Assembly: GCA_049668445.1 (NCBI GenBank) | Contig: JBATJK010000299.1 | Span: 55,973-119,972 of the forward strand | Length of the DNA: 64,000 nucleotides | From: Gemmatimonadota bacterium | GTDB lineage: Bacteria > Gemmatimonadota > Gemmatimonadetes > Palauibacterales > Palauibacteraceae | Direction: 5' to 3' | Shown: piece by piece, positions 55,791 through 64,000 of the stretch | How positions within the stretch are numbered: position 1 is the first letter of the stretch | Layout: every line of letters starts with the position of its first letter | Program-made: the position numbers and the translations under genes | The notes under the pieces: model-generated | The model's database searches: none | Told to the model about the DNA's origin: nothing | The model's input: the letters and a program-made list of their open reading frames with translations, nothing else

Positions 55791-55910
55791 ATGCTGAAGC
55801 AGGGTGAAGTGATCGGGGTGTGGGTGTGGGGAGTTGTAGTATGGATCATACTTGCATTTGCATTCGGGGATTTCTGGTGGTTCCGTCCCCTGTATCGCCA
55901 GTTCTTCTAG
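55791..55910 (+). CDS. possible 39-aa Trp-rich hydrophobic micro-protein
   Basis: It is not in the ORF track because it is under 60 aa. ATG 55791 lies 4 nt after GGGAGG. The translation is MLKQGEVIGVWVWGVVVWIILAFAFGDFWWFRPLYRQFF*. Confidence 0.3.
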   Translation: MLKQGEVIGVWVWGVVVWIILAFAFGDFWWFRPLYRQFF

Positions 55911-56066
55911 CAGACAGGATTGGCGCGCCCTGGGGTGGCGCGGACGTCCAGAAACGCAGGTCGCGAGACGGTGACCAACGCTGCTGGACGCGAGCCAGCC
56001 AGGATGTCATCTTCAACGGTGCGTTACGGTAACGACGGTTCCACGTCACTCGCCAGGGAGGACTCG

Positions 56067-56147
56067 ATGGCCGACAAGAACAAGAAGAAGACTTATCTGA
56101 TCCTGATCGGTGTCTTGCTCGTCGTGCTACTGATCACCTTTCTCTGA
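56067..56147 (+). CDS. possible 26-aa single-TM micro-protein
   Basis: ATG 56067 lies 5 nt after GGGAGGA. The translation is MADKNKKKTYLILIGVLLVVLLITFL*. A long hairpin follows. Confidence 0.3.
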   Translation: MADKNKKKTYLILIGVLLVVLLITFL

Positions 56148-56158
56148 GGTGACCACGG

Positions 56159-56202
56159 GGAACCGGCGCGCGACGCTCTCTTCAGCGTTCGCAGCCGGTT
56201 CC
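56159..56202. terminator. long hairpin (GGAACCGGC ... GCCGGTTCC) between convergent ORFs
   Basis: A 9-bp perfect outer stem with additional inner pairing. It lies 12 nt after the micro-ORF stop and 12 nt after the OPT-2 stop on the other strand. Confidence 0.45.
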
Positions 56203-56213
56203 TCTCTGATCCA

Positions 56214-58190
56214 TCAGGTGACCTCCCGGTCCGCCGTGCCGTGCCTGAGGATGAACCACGCCATGATTCCAAGAATCGCGCCGATGGTCGCAAGGGCAAG
56301 CATCTCCTCCAAGTAGTGCGGAAGATGAGGCGCGAAGCCTTCAATGCGCTGGCCGCCCCTGAGGCCGACCCAGAGAGCCAGTACCACACCCGTCAGCCCT
56401 CCGCCGCCGACGAGTCCGGAGCCGAAGAGAACGCCCTGCTCGCGTCGTCGCTCCGCCTCCGCGGGTGCCTGCTTTCTGGTCAACGCGTACCTGAGGACAC
56501 CCCCCGCGAACACGGCCGCCATGGTCTCCAGAGGAAGGTATACTCCGACCGCGAAAGCCAGCACCGGCATCTTGAAAGCGGAGGCGATGAGTCCGATCGC
56601 AACGCCCGCACCGATGAGCATCCACGGCAGGTTCTGATCGAGCACGCCATCGATGACGAGAGCCATCAGGGTCGCCTGCGGCGCCGGAAGCTCGGGCCCA
56701 CCGAGCCCGCCGGGGACGTTGTTCTGCAGGAGCATCACGACCAGTACGACCACGCCGGCTGAGGTGATGACACCAATCAGCTCTCCGATCTGCTGGTAAC
56801 GCGGGGTGGCGCCAAGTATGAAGCCCGTCTTCAGATCCTGCGAGGTATCGCCCGCAATCGAGGCGGCGATAGCCACCGCGGTCCCCACCATCAGGGCCGT
56901 CGCCTTGCCCGCCATGTCCGTCCACCCGAAGGCCAGGAACACCAGACTCGTTCCGAGCAACGTGGCGATCGTCATTCCGGACGTCGGATTCGAGGTAACT
57001 CCCACCAATCCGACGATGCGTGAACTCACGGTGACGAAGAAGAAGGCGAATACGGCGATCAACAGGCTGGCCAGTGCTCGAATCGGGACCGAATCGAGGT
57101 ATCCGAGAATGCCTGGAACGAAGGTCAACACGGCCAGGATCGCCAGCAGGATGATGAGCACCGTGCGAGGTGAGAGGTCCCGGTCTGTCCTGTCCACCGC
57201 CTGGATCGCATCGGAAGCCCCCCGGGAAATCTGCTGCACACCGAGCCGGAAGGACTCGATCATGGTCGGTATCGATCGTATCAGAGTGATCAGTCCGCCT
57301 GTGGCCACAGCCCCGGCCCCGATATAGCGCACGTACCGGTTCCAGATTTCGTCCGTGCTCATGTCCCGGATCAGCTTGACCGTCTCCGGGTAGAGTGGTT
57401 CCGCCAGGCCCGATCCCCAGAGGTAGATCGCCGGAATGATGATCAGGGCCGAGAGAACGCCCCCGGCCACCATGACGGTGGCAATCCGGATGCCAAGGAT
57501 GTATCCCACGCCTATCAGGGGAGGAGAGACGCTGATCGTGACGGCGGCGCGTGCAGGAAGACCCACCTCGAAGACGCCTCGGACCAGCTTGAGGCCGTCG
57601 GTAAGGAGCTTGAACGCCATGCCCACGCCGATGCCCCAGAATACTCCGGCCGCCTGCTCGCCCCCTTCCTCGGCCGCGACCAGTACCTCGGCACAGGCCA
57701 TGCCCTCCGGATATGGTAGGCTGCCATGTTCCCGCTTGATCAAGTACCGACGAAGGGGGATCATGGAGACGACGCCGATCAACCCACCACACATCGCGAG
57801 GAGGGTGACCTGCAGCCACTCCGGGTTGAGCCCCCAGATGAACAGGGCCGGAATCGTAAACAGGACACCGGAAGCCACAGACGAACTCGCAGACCCCACG
57901 GTCTGCGACATGTTCGTCTCGAGGATACTGTGACTGAGTCCAAACGCTCGGAACACCCTGAAGGCAACCACGGTGAGCACAGCCACCGGGATCGAGGTGC
58001 TGATCGTCAGGCCGGCCTTCAACCCGAGGTAGGTGTTGGCCGCGCCGAAGATCAGTCCGAGTACGATCCCCGCGAGGACGGCCTTGACCGTGAACTCCGT
58101 CAGCGTCTGGCCGGCTGTCAGGGGGACGTACTCCTGTCCCTCTTCAATGGCGTACGCCGTGGGAGGCAGCTTCCTGCCGCTCACGTGCAT
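56214..58190 (-). CDS. OPT-family oligopeptide transporter, paralog 2
   Basis: 658 aa. TEFTVKAVLAGIVLGLIFGAANTYLGLKAGLTISTSIPVAV is collinear with paralog 1. Confidence 0.9.
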   Translation of the reverse strand: MHVSGRKLPPTAYAIEEGQEYVPLTAGQTLTEFTVKAVLAGIVLGLIFGAANTYLGLKAGLTISTSIPVAVLTVVAFRVFRAFGLSHSILETNMSQTVGSASSSVASGVLFTIPALFIWGLNPEWLQVTLLAMCGGLIGVVSMIPLRRYLIKREHGSLPYPEGMACAEVLVAAEEGGEQAAGVFWGIGVGMAFKLLTDGLKLVRGVFEVGLPARAAVTISVSPPLIGVGYILGIRIATVMVAGGVLSALIIIPAIYLWGSGLAEPLYPETVKLIRDMSTDEIWNRYVRYIGAGAVATGGLITLIRSIPTMIESFRLGVQQISRGASDAIQAVDRTDRDLSPRTVLIILLAILAVLTFVPGILGYLDSVPIRALASLLIAVFAFFFVTVSSRIVGLVGVTSNPTSGMTIATLLGTSLVFLAFGWTDMAGKATALMVGTAVAIAASIAGDTSQDLKTGFILGATPRYQQIGELIGVITSAGVVVLVVMLLQNNVPGGLGGPELPAPQATLMALVIDGVLDQNLPWMLIGAGVAIGLIASAFKMPVLAFAVGVYLPLETMAAVFAGGVLRYALTRKQAPAEAERRREQGVLFGSGLVGGGGLTGVVLALWVGLRGGQRIEGFAPHLPHYLEEMLALATIGAILGIMAWFILRHGTADREVT

Positions 58191-58210
58191 CTCCTCTGGT
58201 GGCGTGTTTC

Positions 58211-58684
58211 ATGTTGAACGGGATGGACACAGAAGCCGAAGGTATGCTCCAGCGGGCGCGCGTCAACAAGTCCGGTGATCCTGTGGTCCTGTTCGACGGC
58301 TGGTGCCCCCTGTGCGTCGGGGCCGTGCGCTTCGTCCTCCGAGCGGACCGCAGAGCCCGTTTCTCGTTTGCGTCCCTCGACTCGCCGGCGGCGAAGGAAC
58401 TCCTGGACACGTGTGAGGCCGAACCCGCGGTTCTCGAGTCCGCCCGGGCCGGTTCCACGGTCGCCCTGGTGCGGCGCGGCAAGTTGTATGTCCGAAGTGA
58501 CGCAGCCCTTCGCATCGTCGGAGACCTGCCCCTGCCGTGGAGAGCCATGAGGCTGCTTCGCGTGGTCCCGCGTTTCCTGCGGGACGGGGTGTATTCGGCC
58601 GTGGCGAGCCGCCGTCACGAGTTGTGGGGCAGGCTCGATTCCTGCCATGTGCCCGAGCCAGCGGACCGCGGCCGGTTCCTCTAG
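58211..58684 (+). CDS. thiol-disulfide oxidoreductase DCC family (DUF393)
   Basis: VVLFDGWCPLCVGAVRFVLRADRRARFSFASL is the DCC motif. The start is uncertain: GTG 58199, ATG 58211 or ATG 58223. Confidence 0.7.
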   Translation: MLNGMDTEAEGMLQRARVNKSGDPVVLFDGWCPLCVGAVRFVLRADRRARFSFASLDSPAAKELLDTCEAEPAVLESARAGSTVALVRRGKLYVRSDAALRIVGDLPLPWRAMRLLRVVPRFLRDGVYSAVASRRHELWGRLDSCHVPEPADRGRFL

Positions 58685-59412
58685 CTGACCGCTCCGGACC
58701 GCCGCTCCCCAGGGGGAAGGACTCGGCCCTCGAGTTCACCGACCCCTTCGATCCAGGCGCGATACTTGTCTCCGGGAATCAGCGGGCCGACACCGGCCGG
58801 AGTGCCGGTGAACACGAGGTCGCCGGCGGCCAACTCTACCAGGTGCGACAGATGGGAGAGCGTTTCCTCCGGGGACCAGACCAGATCCGCCAGATCCGCG
58901 GCCTGCCTCACCTCGTCGTTCACGCTCAGGCCAATGGAACCGCTCCGCGGATGGCCCGCGTCAGTGAATCGGGCGACGGCCGAGGAGGGAGCGGAGCGGT
59001 CGAAGCCCTTGGCCATGTCCCAGGGTCGCGCGTCGGCTTTCGCCGCCCGTTGAAGGTCTCGACGGGTGAGATCCACCCCCACGGCATACCCATAGATCAG
59101 ATCCCGGCACTGATTCGGTTCCAGGCTTGCCCCGCCGGCGCCAAGCGCCAGGACCAGCTCGACCTCGTGGTGCAGTTCCACCGTGGAGGCGGGATAGGGC
59201 ATGTCACCACCCAGGGGCAGGATCGCATCCGCTGGCTTCGAGAAGAAGAAGGGGGCCTCCCGATCCGGGTCGCCTCCCATCTCTCTAGCATGCGAAGCGT
59301 AGTTGCGTCCCACGCAGTAGATCCGCCTGACAGGAAAGAGACTCGTGAGGCCCTGAACCGGAAGGGCCGGGCGGACGATCCGGTCGAAGACATAGTGCTC
59401 GGCCTCGTTCAC
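58681..59412 (-). CDS. fumarylacetoacetate hydrolase (FAH) family protein
   Basis: GTG 59412 overlaps the upstream stop (GTGA). Motifs RIYCVGRNYASHAREMG, FFFSKP, HHEVELV and GDLVFTGTPAGVG. Confidence 0.85.
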   Translation of the reverse strand: MNEAEHYVFDRIVRPALPVQGLTSLFPVRRIYCVGRNYASHAREMGGDPDREAPFFFSKPADAILPLGGDMPYPASTVELHHEVELVLALGAGGASLEPNQCRDLIYGYAVGVDLTRRDLQRAAKADARPWDMAKGFDRSAPSSAVARFTDAGHPRSGSIGLSVNDEVRQAADLADLVWSPEETLSHLSHLVELAAGDLVFTGTPAGVGPLIPGDKYRAWIEGVGELEGRVLPPGERRSGAVS

Positions 59413-60623
59413 GGGCTCTCTCCTGAATCCGGCATCGCTACGCTCCCTCCGCGAACCAGTTCCTCGATCCGATCGTCCGAGTAGTCGAGAAGATCGGACA
59501 GCACCAGGTACGCGTGCTCAGACAGCGCCGGCGGACGGGCCAGATCGGTCACTCGTTCAGTACCGTCGCCGAACACCCTGGTTCGGACCGCGGAGGCCCC
59601 GGAAACGTCCGAGAGGACGAGCTGCGCGCCCAGCGGGTCGAGAAGCGCCTCCCGTACGTCCCGCACTTCGCCTGCCGGCACGCCGGCCGCCCGGAGACGA
59701 TCGAACAGCGGTCGCCGATCCCACTCTCCCACCAGGGCAGACAGCCGGGATTCCAACTCTGCCCGGTTGCGCACCCTCAGCGAATTGGTCGAGAAACGAG
59801 GATCGGCCGCGAGACCCTCATCGTCCAGGCAGCGGACGAGTCGGTGGAACTGCCGGTCTGATCCGACCGCAAGCACTATGTAGCCGCCATCCCTGCATCG
59901 ATAAGAGTTGCCGTAGGGCACGATATTGGGGTGAGCAGAGCCAATGCGCTGCGGCACCACCCCGGTCATCAGCCAGTTCGAGGCCTGGTTGGCCAGCGCC
60001 GCCACCCCCGACTCGAACAACGAGACCGATACGCGTCGTCCACGCCCCGACTCGGCACGCTCCAACAGGGCAGCCAGTATCCCCTGCTTCAACTGATGGC
60101 CCGCCAGCACGTCCATCAGGGCGACGGGCATCTTGAGCGGCCCACTTGCCTCCGTGCCGTTCATGCTCGTGAATCCGGTCTCGGCCTGGATGACCGCATC
60201 ATAACCCACGCGAGGATCGTCATCTCCATAGGCCGTGACTTCGGCGTAGACCAGGCGAGCGTTCAGGCTGGACAAGGTCTGGAAGTCGACACCGAATCGT
60301 GCCGCGTCGCCCTTCTTGTAGCTCGCGACGACAACGTCCGCCTGCCGCACCAGGTCGTGAACCACGGCCCGCCCATCCCCGGTCCGGAGGTCAACCGCGA
60401 TGGACTGTTTGCCCCAGTTGATCGAGCTGAAGTAGGCTGCGGGCGCCCCGGGATCCTCGGTCGGACTCCTCCAGGAGCGGGTCACGTCGCCGCCGGTCTC
60501 CGGGTTCTCGACCTTGATGACCCGGGAACCCAATTCAGCGAAGAACATGCCAACCGCCGGACCGGCGAGCACGTTGGCCAGTTCCACCACGACGAGTCTT
60601 TCGAAGACGCTGCCATCACTCAT
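59409..60623 (-). CDS. class III CoA-transferase (CaiB/BaiF family)
   Basis: VVELANVLAGPAVGMFFAELGSRVIKVE, and the conserved Asp region within PVALMDVLAG. Confidence 0.85.
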   Translation of the reverse strand: MSDGSVFERLVVVELANVLAGPAVGMFFAELGSRVIKVENPETGGDVTRSWRSPTEDPGAPAAYFSSINWGKQSIAVDLRTGDGRAVVHDLVRQADVVVASYKKGDAARFGVDFQTLSSLNARLVYAEVTAYGDDDPRVGYDAVIQAETGFTSMNGTEASGPLKMPVALMDVLAGHQLKQGILAALLERAESGRGRRVSVSLFESGVAALANQASNWLMTGVVPQRIGSAHPNIVPYGNSYRCRDGGYIVLAVGSDRQFHRLVRCLDDEGLAADPRFSTNSLRVRNRAELESRLSALVGEWDRRPLFDRLRAAGVPAGEVRDVREALLDPLGAQLVLSDVSGASAVRTRVFGDGTERVTDLARPPALSEHAYLVLSDLLDYSDDRIEELVRGGSVAMPDSGESP

Positions 60624-60744
60624 GTCGCCATTATGGTGCTGCGGGTGGGCGGGGCAACAGGCCTCGCGCGCGCATGTTTGCGTCGCACGGGGCTGCAGGA
60701 CACTTTCCGCGCCGTCGATCGCACTCCAGAAAAGGACACTCTAC

Positions 60745-62328
60745 ATGCCTGTTCGTGAATCGCGTGGCCCGGCACTGCCTCTCGCAGGTCTCGCGCTCGT
60801 CCTGGCGGCCTGCTCGTCATCCGGCAGAACCGAGCCCGAAGTCGAGCTCTCGCCCGTCGAGGCCGTGATCAGCCCGGCCGCAGGTGCCGAGACGATCACG
60901 GCCGATGAGATGATGGCCCATATCTCGTTTCTGGCCAGTGACGATCTGGGCGGTCGAGACACTCCGAGTCCAGGCCTTGAACAGGCCGCTGTCTATCTCG
61001 AGGAGGCGTTCCGTTCCGCCGGCCTGGAGCCGGCGGGAGACGACGGGTCGTTCGTGCAGCGCTGGACCTTCGAGCAGACATCGCTCCGAGCAGCGGAAGT
61101 GGCCGTGGAGATCACGTCGGGAGAAAGCACCGAGATCCTCGAACACGCGATCGACTTCTTCGTCCTGCCATCGGCAGACGAGGTCGTATCGGGATCCATC
61201 GAGTTCCTCGGGCCCATCTCCGTGCTTCTGGGCGATTCGATACCGGAGTCCACGGGCCGAATCGCCATCGTCACGACGCCTCCCTCGATGGGCATGGAAA
61301 TCCTGCTGGCGGCTCGAGCGGCAGGAGAAGCCGGCGCCGCCGGGCTGGTGCTCGTTCTAGATCCGCAACTTCCGCCTGAAGTAATTGCGATGGTGGCGGG
61401 CCAGATCAATGGAAGTGGCCTGCCCGATCAGCCGGTTCCCACGGTGGGAGTGACGTGGAACGCAGCGCAGCAGATCGTCGCCGGAGCGGGGGCGGACCTC
61501 GAAGACCTTCTGTCCGCCTACGAGGCGGAAGGCGGCCTCACCGCTCCTGTTCAGTTGGAGGGCCCTGAACTGACGATCCGCACGCCGAGAGACGTTGCCA
61601 TTTCCACTCCGCCCAATGTGGTGGGGCTGCTGCGGGGCAGCGATCCGGAACTTGCGGAGACGTACGTGGTTCTCACCGCGCACTTCGATCATGTCGGGAT
61701 CGGGGAAGCCAACGCCGAGGGCGACTCGATCTACAATGGAGCCGACGATGACGCATCGGGAACGGCCGTCCTGCTGGAAGTGGCCCAGGCTTTCCAGGCC
61801 CTTCCGAGGTCGCCCGGGAGAAGCGTTGTCTTCCTGGCGGTGAGTGGGGAAGAAAAGGGACTTCTGGGCGCGGCGCACTTCGCAGAGGAGCCCACGGTGC
61901 CGCTCAGCGGAATCGTCGCCAACATCAATCTCGACATGATCGGAAGAAACGCCCCGGACACGCTCATTGCCGTAGGCCAGGAGTTCACGTCACTGGGAGA
62001 CCTTTCGAGGACCATCGCGTCCCACCATCCGGAGATCGGGCTGACGATTGCGCCGGATCCGGACCCGTCTGAGCAGGCGTTCTTCCGGAGTGACCACCTG
62101 GTGTTCGTGAAGAAGGACATTCCGGCGATCTTCTTCACGACCTGGGATCACGAGGATTATCACCAGCCGTCGGACGAGGCCCACGCGATCGACGCGGACA
62201 AGGCCGCGCGCGTGGCCCGCCTGACCTTTTTCCTCATCTGGCACGTCGCCGAAGACGAGACGCCGCCGAGTTGGAACGAAGGCTCCCTGGACGAGGTGCA
62301 CGCGATCCTCGAGGATTCGCCCTTCTGA
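60745..62328 (+). CDS. M28 family aminopeptidase with PA domain, lipoprotein
   Basis: ATG 60745. Lipobox LALVLAACSS. Motifs VVLTAHFDHVG, NGADDDASGTAVLLEVA, FLAVSGEEKGLLGA and HQPSDE. Confidence 0.8.
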   Translation: MPVRESRGPALPLAGLALVLAACSSSGRTEPEVELSPVEAVISPAAGAETITADEMMAHISFLASDDLGGRDTPSPGLEQAAVYLEEAFRSAGLEPAGDDGSFVQRWTFEQTSLRAAEVAVEITSGESTEILEHAIDFFVLPSADEVVSGSIEFLGPISVLLGDSIPESTGRIAIVTTPPSMGMEILLAARAAGEAGAAGLVLVLDPQLPPEVIAMVAGQINGSGLPDQPVPTVGVTWNAAQQIVAGAGADLEDLLSAYEAEGGLTAPVQLEGPELTIRTPRDVAISTPPNVVGLLRGSDPELAETYVVLTAHFDHVGIGEANAEGDSIYNGADDDASGTAVLLEVAQAFQALPRSPGRSVVFLAVSGEEKGLLGAAHFAEEPTVPLSGIVANINLDMIGRNAPDTLIAVGQEFTSLGDLSRTIASHHPEIGLTIAPDPDPSEQAFFRSDHLVFVKKDIPAIFFTTWDHEDYHQPSDEAHAIDADKAARVARLTFFLIWHVAEDETPPSWNEGSLDEVHAILEDSPF

Positions 62329-62344
62329 CGGTGTCGGTCGACCG

Positions 62345-62371
62345 CCCCCTGCGTGACGCAGCCGCAGGGGG
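62345..62371 (+). terminator. hairpin CCCCCTGCG-N9-CGCAGGGGG after the M28 gene
   Basis: A 9-bp perfect stem starting 17 nt after the stop. There is no clear T-tract. Confidence 0.45.
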
Positions 62372-62460
62372 TGGGTACATTCCTTCCCGGTCACTCTGAA
62401 TTCGGAGCGACGGAGATCGTCGGTCCGCCCAGCCCGAACCCGAGCCTCCGGAGGCCATCC

Positions 62461-64000
62461 ATGGTTTCCTTCGTTTCCGCCAGGCAGATCGTACTCACCC
62501 TGGTCACCGCCGTGCTAGTTCTCTCACCGCACCCGCTGCGGGGCCAAAGCCAGGATGTTCTCACTGAACATCGGGTCGCTGGTATCCGGTCTGTGGGGCA
62601 GGTCGTGGCCTCCCCCGACGGTGGCCAGGTCGCGTATACGGTCGTCGTACCTCGAGAACCGTTCGTCGATGCCGACGGTCCCGCATGGTCCCATCTGTAT
62701 CTGCTCGACGTGGCGACCGGCGAGTCCAGGCGGTTCGTGGGAGGCGAAGTGAACATCAGCGGTCTGCGTTTCTCCCCGGACGGAGCGAGCGTGCTGTATC
62801 TCTCTCGCAGGGAGGGGGACAGTAACCGCGTGCTGTACTCCATCCCCGTGGGGGGAGGGGAGTCCACTCGCCTGCTGGAGCACTCCACTTCCGTCAGCAG
62901 CTATGCACTCAGTCCCAGCGGCGACCGAGTCGCGTTTCTGGCGACGGATGCGGAACCGGAGGTTCGTAGGACGTTGCGGGAGGATGGATTCAAAGCCATA
63001 GCCTATGAGGAGGACGTGCCTTTCTCTCGGGTGTGGATTGCCGAGCGCCGAAGCGGAGAACAGGCTTTCGCGGGTGCCTGGTGCCTCGAACTCGAGGGCA
63101 ACGCCTCCAGCCTGTCCTGGTCACCCGCCGGCGACAAGATCGCGGTCGCTCTCGCGCCGACACCCCTGATCGACGATTCCTACATGCACAGGCGTCTGCA
63201 CGTCGTTGACCCGGCCTCCGGTACGGTCGTTGCCCGGATCGGCAACCCTGGAAAGCTGGGAGCCACCGCCTGGAGCCCTGACGGAGCACACCTGGCGTTC
63301 ATCTCGGCTGAGACGATCAACGACCCGAAGGAGGGCCGTCTGATGGTGGCCGACTCGGAAACCGGCGAGTTCCGGGATGTAATACCCGGATTCGAGGGCC
63401 ATTTCACCTGGGCAGCCTGGACCGACGCTCGCACGATCCGGTACCTGGCTGACGTGGGCACCGAGACGGAGATCGGAGAGGTGCGCGTCGACGGATCGAA
63501 CCGATCGGTCATCGTCGCACCGGGCGACGCGGTATTCACGTCGTTCGGCGTATCCGACGACGGGGACGTCATGGTCCTGGCCGGTGAGCGGTACACACAC
63601 CCGACAGAGCTGTTCGTCCAGGTTGGCGGGAAGGGCACCCCAGAGCGGGTCACGGACTCCAATCCCTGGCTGGCCGACATCAGGCTGGCGCCGCAGGAGG
63701 TCGTTCGGTGGAGCGCCCGGGATGGCCTCGAACTGGAAGGGGTTCTCATACGTCCGCTGGGCGAGGTGGACGGCCGTACGTATCCCCTGATCGTGCACGT
63801 TCACGGTGGCCCTGAAGCCCACAATCACAACGGGTGGCTCACCTCCTACTCCCGTCCGGGGCAGATCGCCGCAGCCCGGGGCATCGCCGTGCTGTACCCC
63901 AACTACAGGGCCAGCACCGGACGTGGTGTCGAGTTCAGCATGCTGGACCACGCCGACATGGGTGGCCGAGAGTTCGACGACGTGGTGGACGGGGTGGACC
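62461..64000 (+). CDS. S9 family serine peptidase (prolyl oligopeptidase / acylaminoacyl-peptidase type, beta-propeller N-domain), 3'-truncated by the window edge
   Basis: I translated this myself from ATG 62461: MVSFVSARQIVLTLVTAVLVLSPHPLRGQS... The TolB-like repeats include FSPDGASVLY and WSPDGAHLAF. The sequence ends in YPLIVHVHGGPEAHN...YPNYRASTGRG. No stop codon occurs before position 64000. Confidence 0.8.
   Translation, partial: MVSFVSARQIVLTLVTAVLVLSPHPLRGQSQDVLTEHRVAGIRSVGQVVASPDGGQVAYTVVVPREPFVDADGPAWSHLYLLDVATGESRRFVGGEVNISGLRFSPDGASVLYLSRREGDSNRVLYSIPVGGGESTRLLEHSTSVSSYALSPSGDRVAFLATDAEPEVRRTLREDGFKAIAYEEDVPFSRVWIAERRSGEQAFAGAWCLELEGNASSLSWSPAGDKIAVALAPTPLIDDSYMHRRLHVVDPASGTVVARIGNPGKLGATAWSPDGAHLAFISAETINDPKEGRLMVADSETGEFRDVIPGFEGHFTWAAWTDARTIRYLADVGTETEIGEVRVDGSNRSVIVAPGDAVFTSFGVSDDGDVMVLAGERYTHPTELFVQVGGKGTPERVTDSNPWLADIRLAPQEVVRWSARDGLELEGVLIRPLGEVDGRTYPLIVHVHGGPEAHNHNGWLTSYSRPGQIAAARGIAVLYPNYRASTGRGVEFSMLDHADMGGREFDDVVDGVD

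Noticed and set aside
1-64000. CRISPR arrays, rRNA genes, IS elements, prophage or defence-system genes.
   Set aside because: I scanned the intergenic regions and the ORF translations. I saw no regularly spaced repeats, no rRNA-like conserved blocks, and no transposase, integrase, nuclease or methylase signatures.

Overview
This is a visibly GC-rich (not computed), densely coding bacterial chromosomal window. I call about 50 protein genes and one tRNA-Pro(UGG). I found no rRNA, CRISPR array, transposase, integrase or phage genes. Many long antisense or alternate-frame ORFs in the track are high-GC artefacts.

Gene content from left to right:
- Housekeeping genes: Kef-type antiporter, RfaE-II-like adenylyltransferase, heme o synthase, RdgB.
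- An ECF sigma / anti-sigma pair, followed by a small ORF ending in Cys-Cys-stop, a half-size ArsA/Get3-like ATPase and CstA. Their starts and stops overlap.
- A Tat-exported FAD oxidase, then tRNA-Pro with a duplicated 3' end.
- An Ntn-type penicillin/AHL acylase, a DUF1343/NamZ-like gene, and a PhoU-like plus Na/Pi cotransporter pair.
- Main candidate (17.9-25.6 kb): a sigma-54-promoted operon. It encodes a Tat-exported 4x[4Fe-4S] protein, an NrfD/HybB-type membrane protein and three paralogous GcvH-fold proteins that all lack the lipoyl-lysine. Two of the three are membrane-anchored and one has a Cys-rich N-terminus. A sensor kinase with c-heme motifs in its periplasmic loop and an NtrC-type sigma-54 activator follow. 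No catalytic subunit is present, and I cannot assign the locus to any characterised respiratory complex.
- An archaemetzincin, an enolase-superfamily enzyme and PepF.
- Three ~1,060-1,090-aa BNR/sortilin-like paralogs around a TonB-dependent receptor.
- An M64 peptidase and L-lysine 6-transaminase.
- A second sigma-54 regulon: an SQR-like flavoprotein, DUF1641, TusE/DsrC-like and DsrE-like genes, divergent from a PAS/Cys-cluster sigma-54 activator.
- A peptide-scavenging stretch: two OPT transporters (one translationally coupled to a PqqD-like protein), PepD, M28 and S9 peptidases.

All functional calls come from motif recognition by eye. None was checked against a database.
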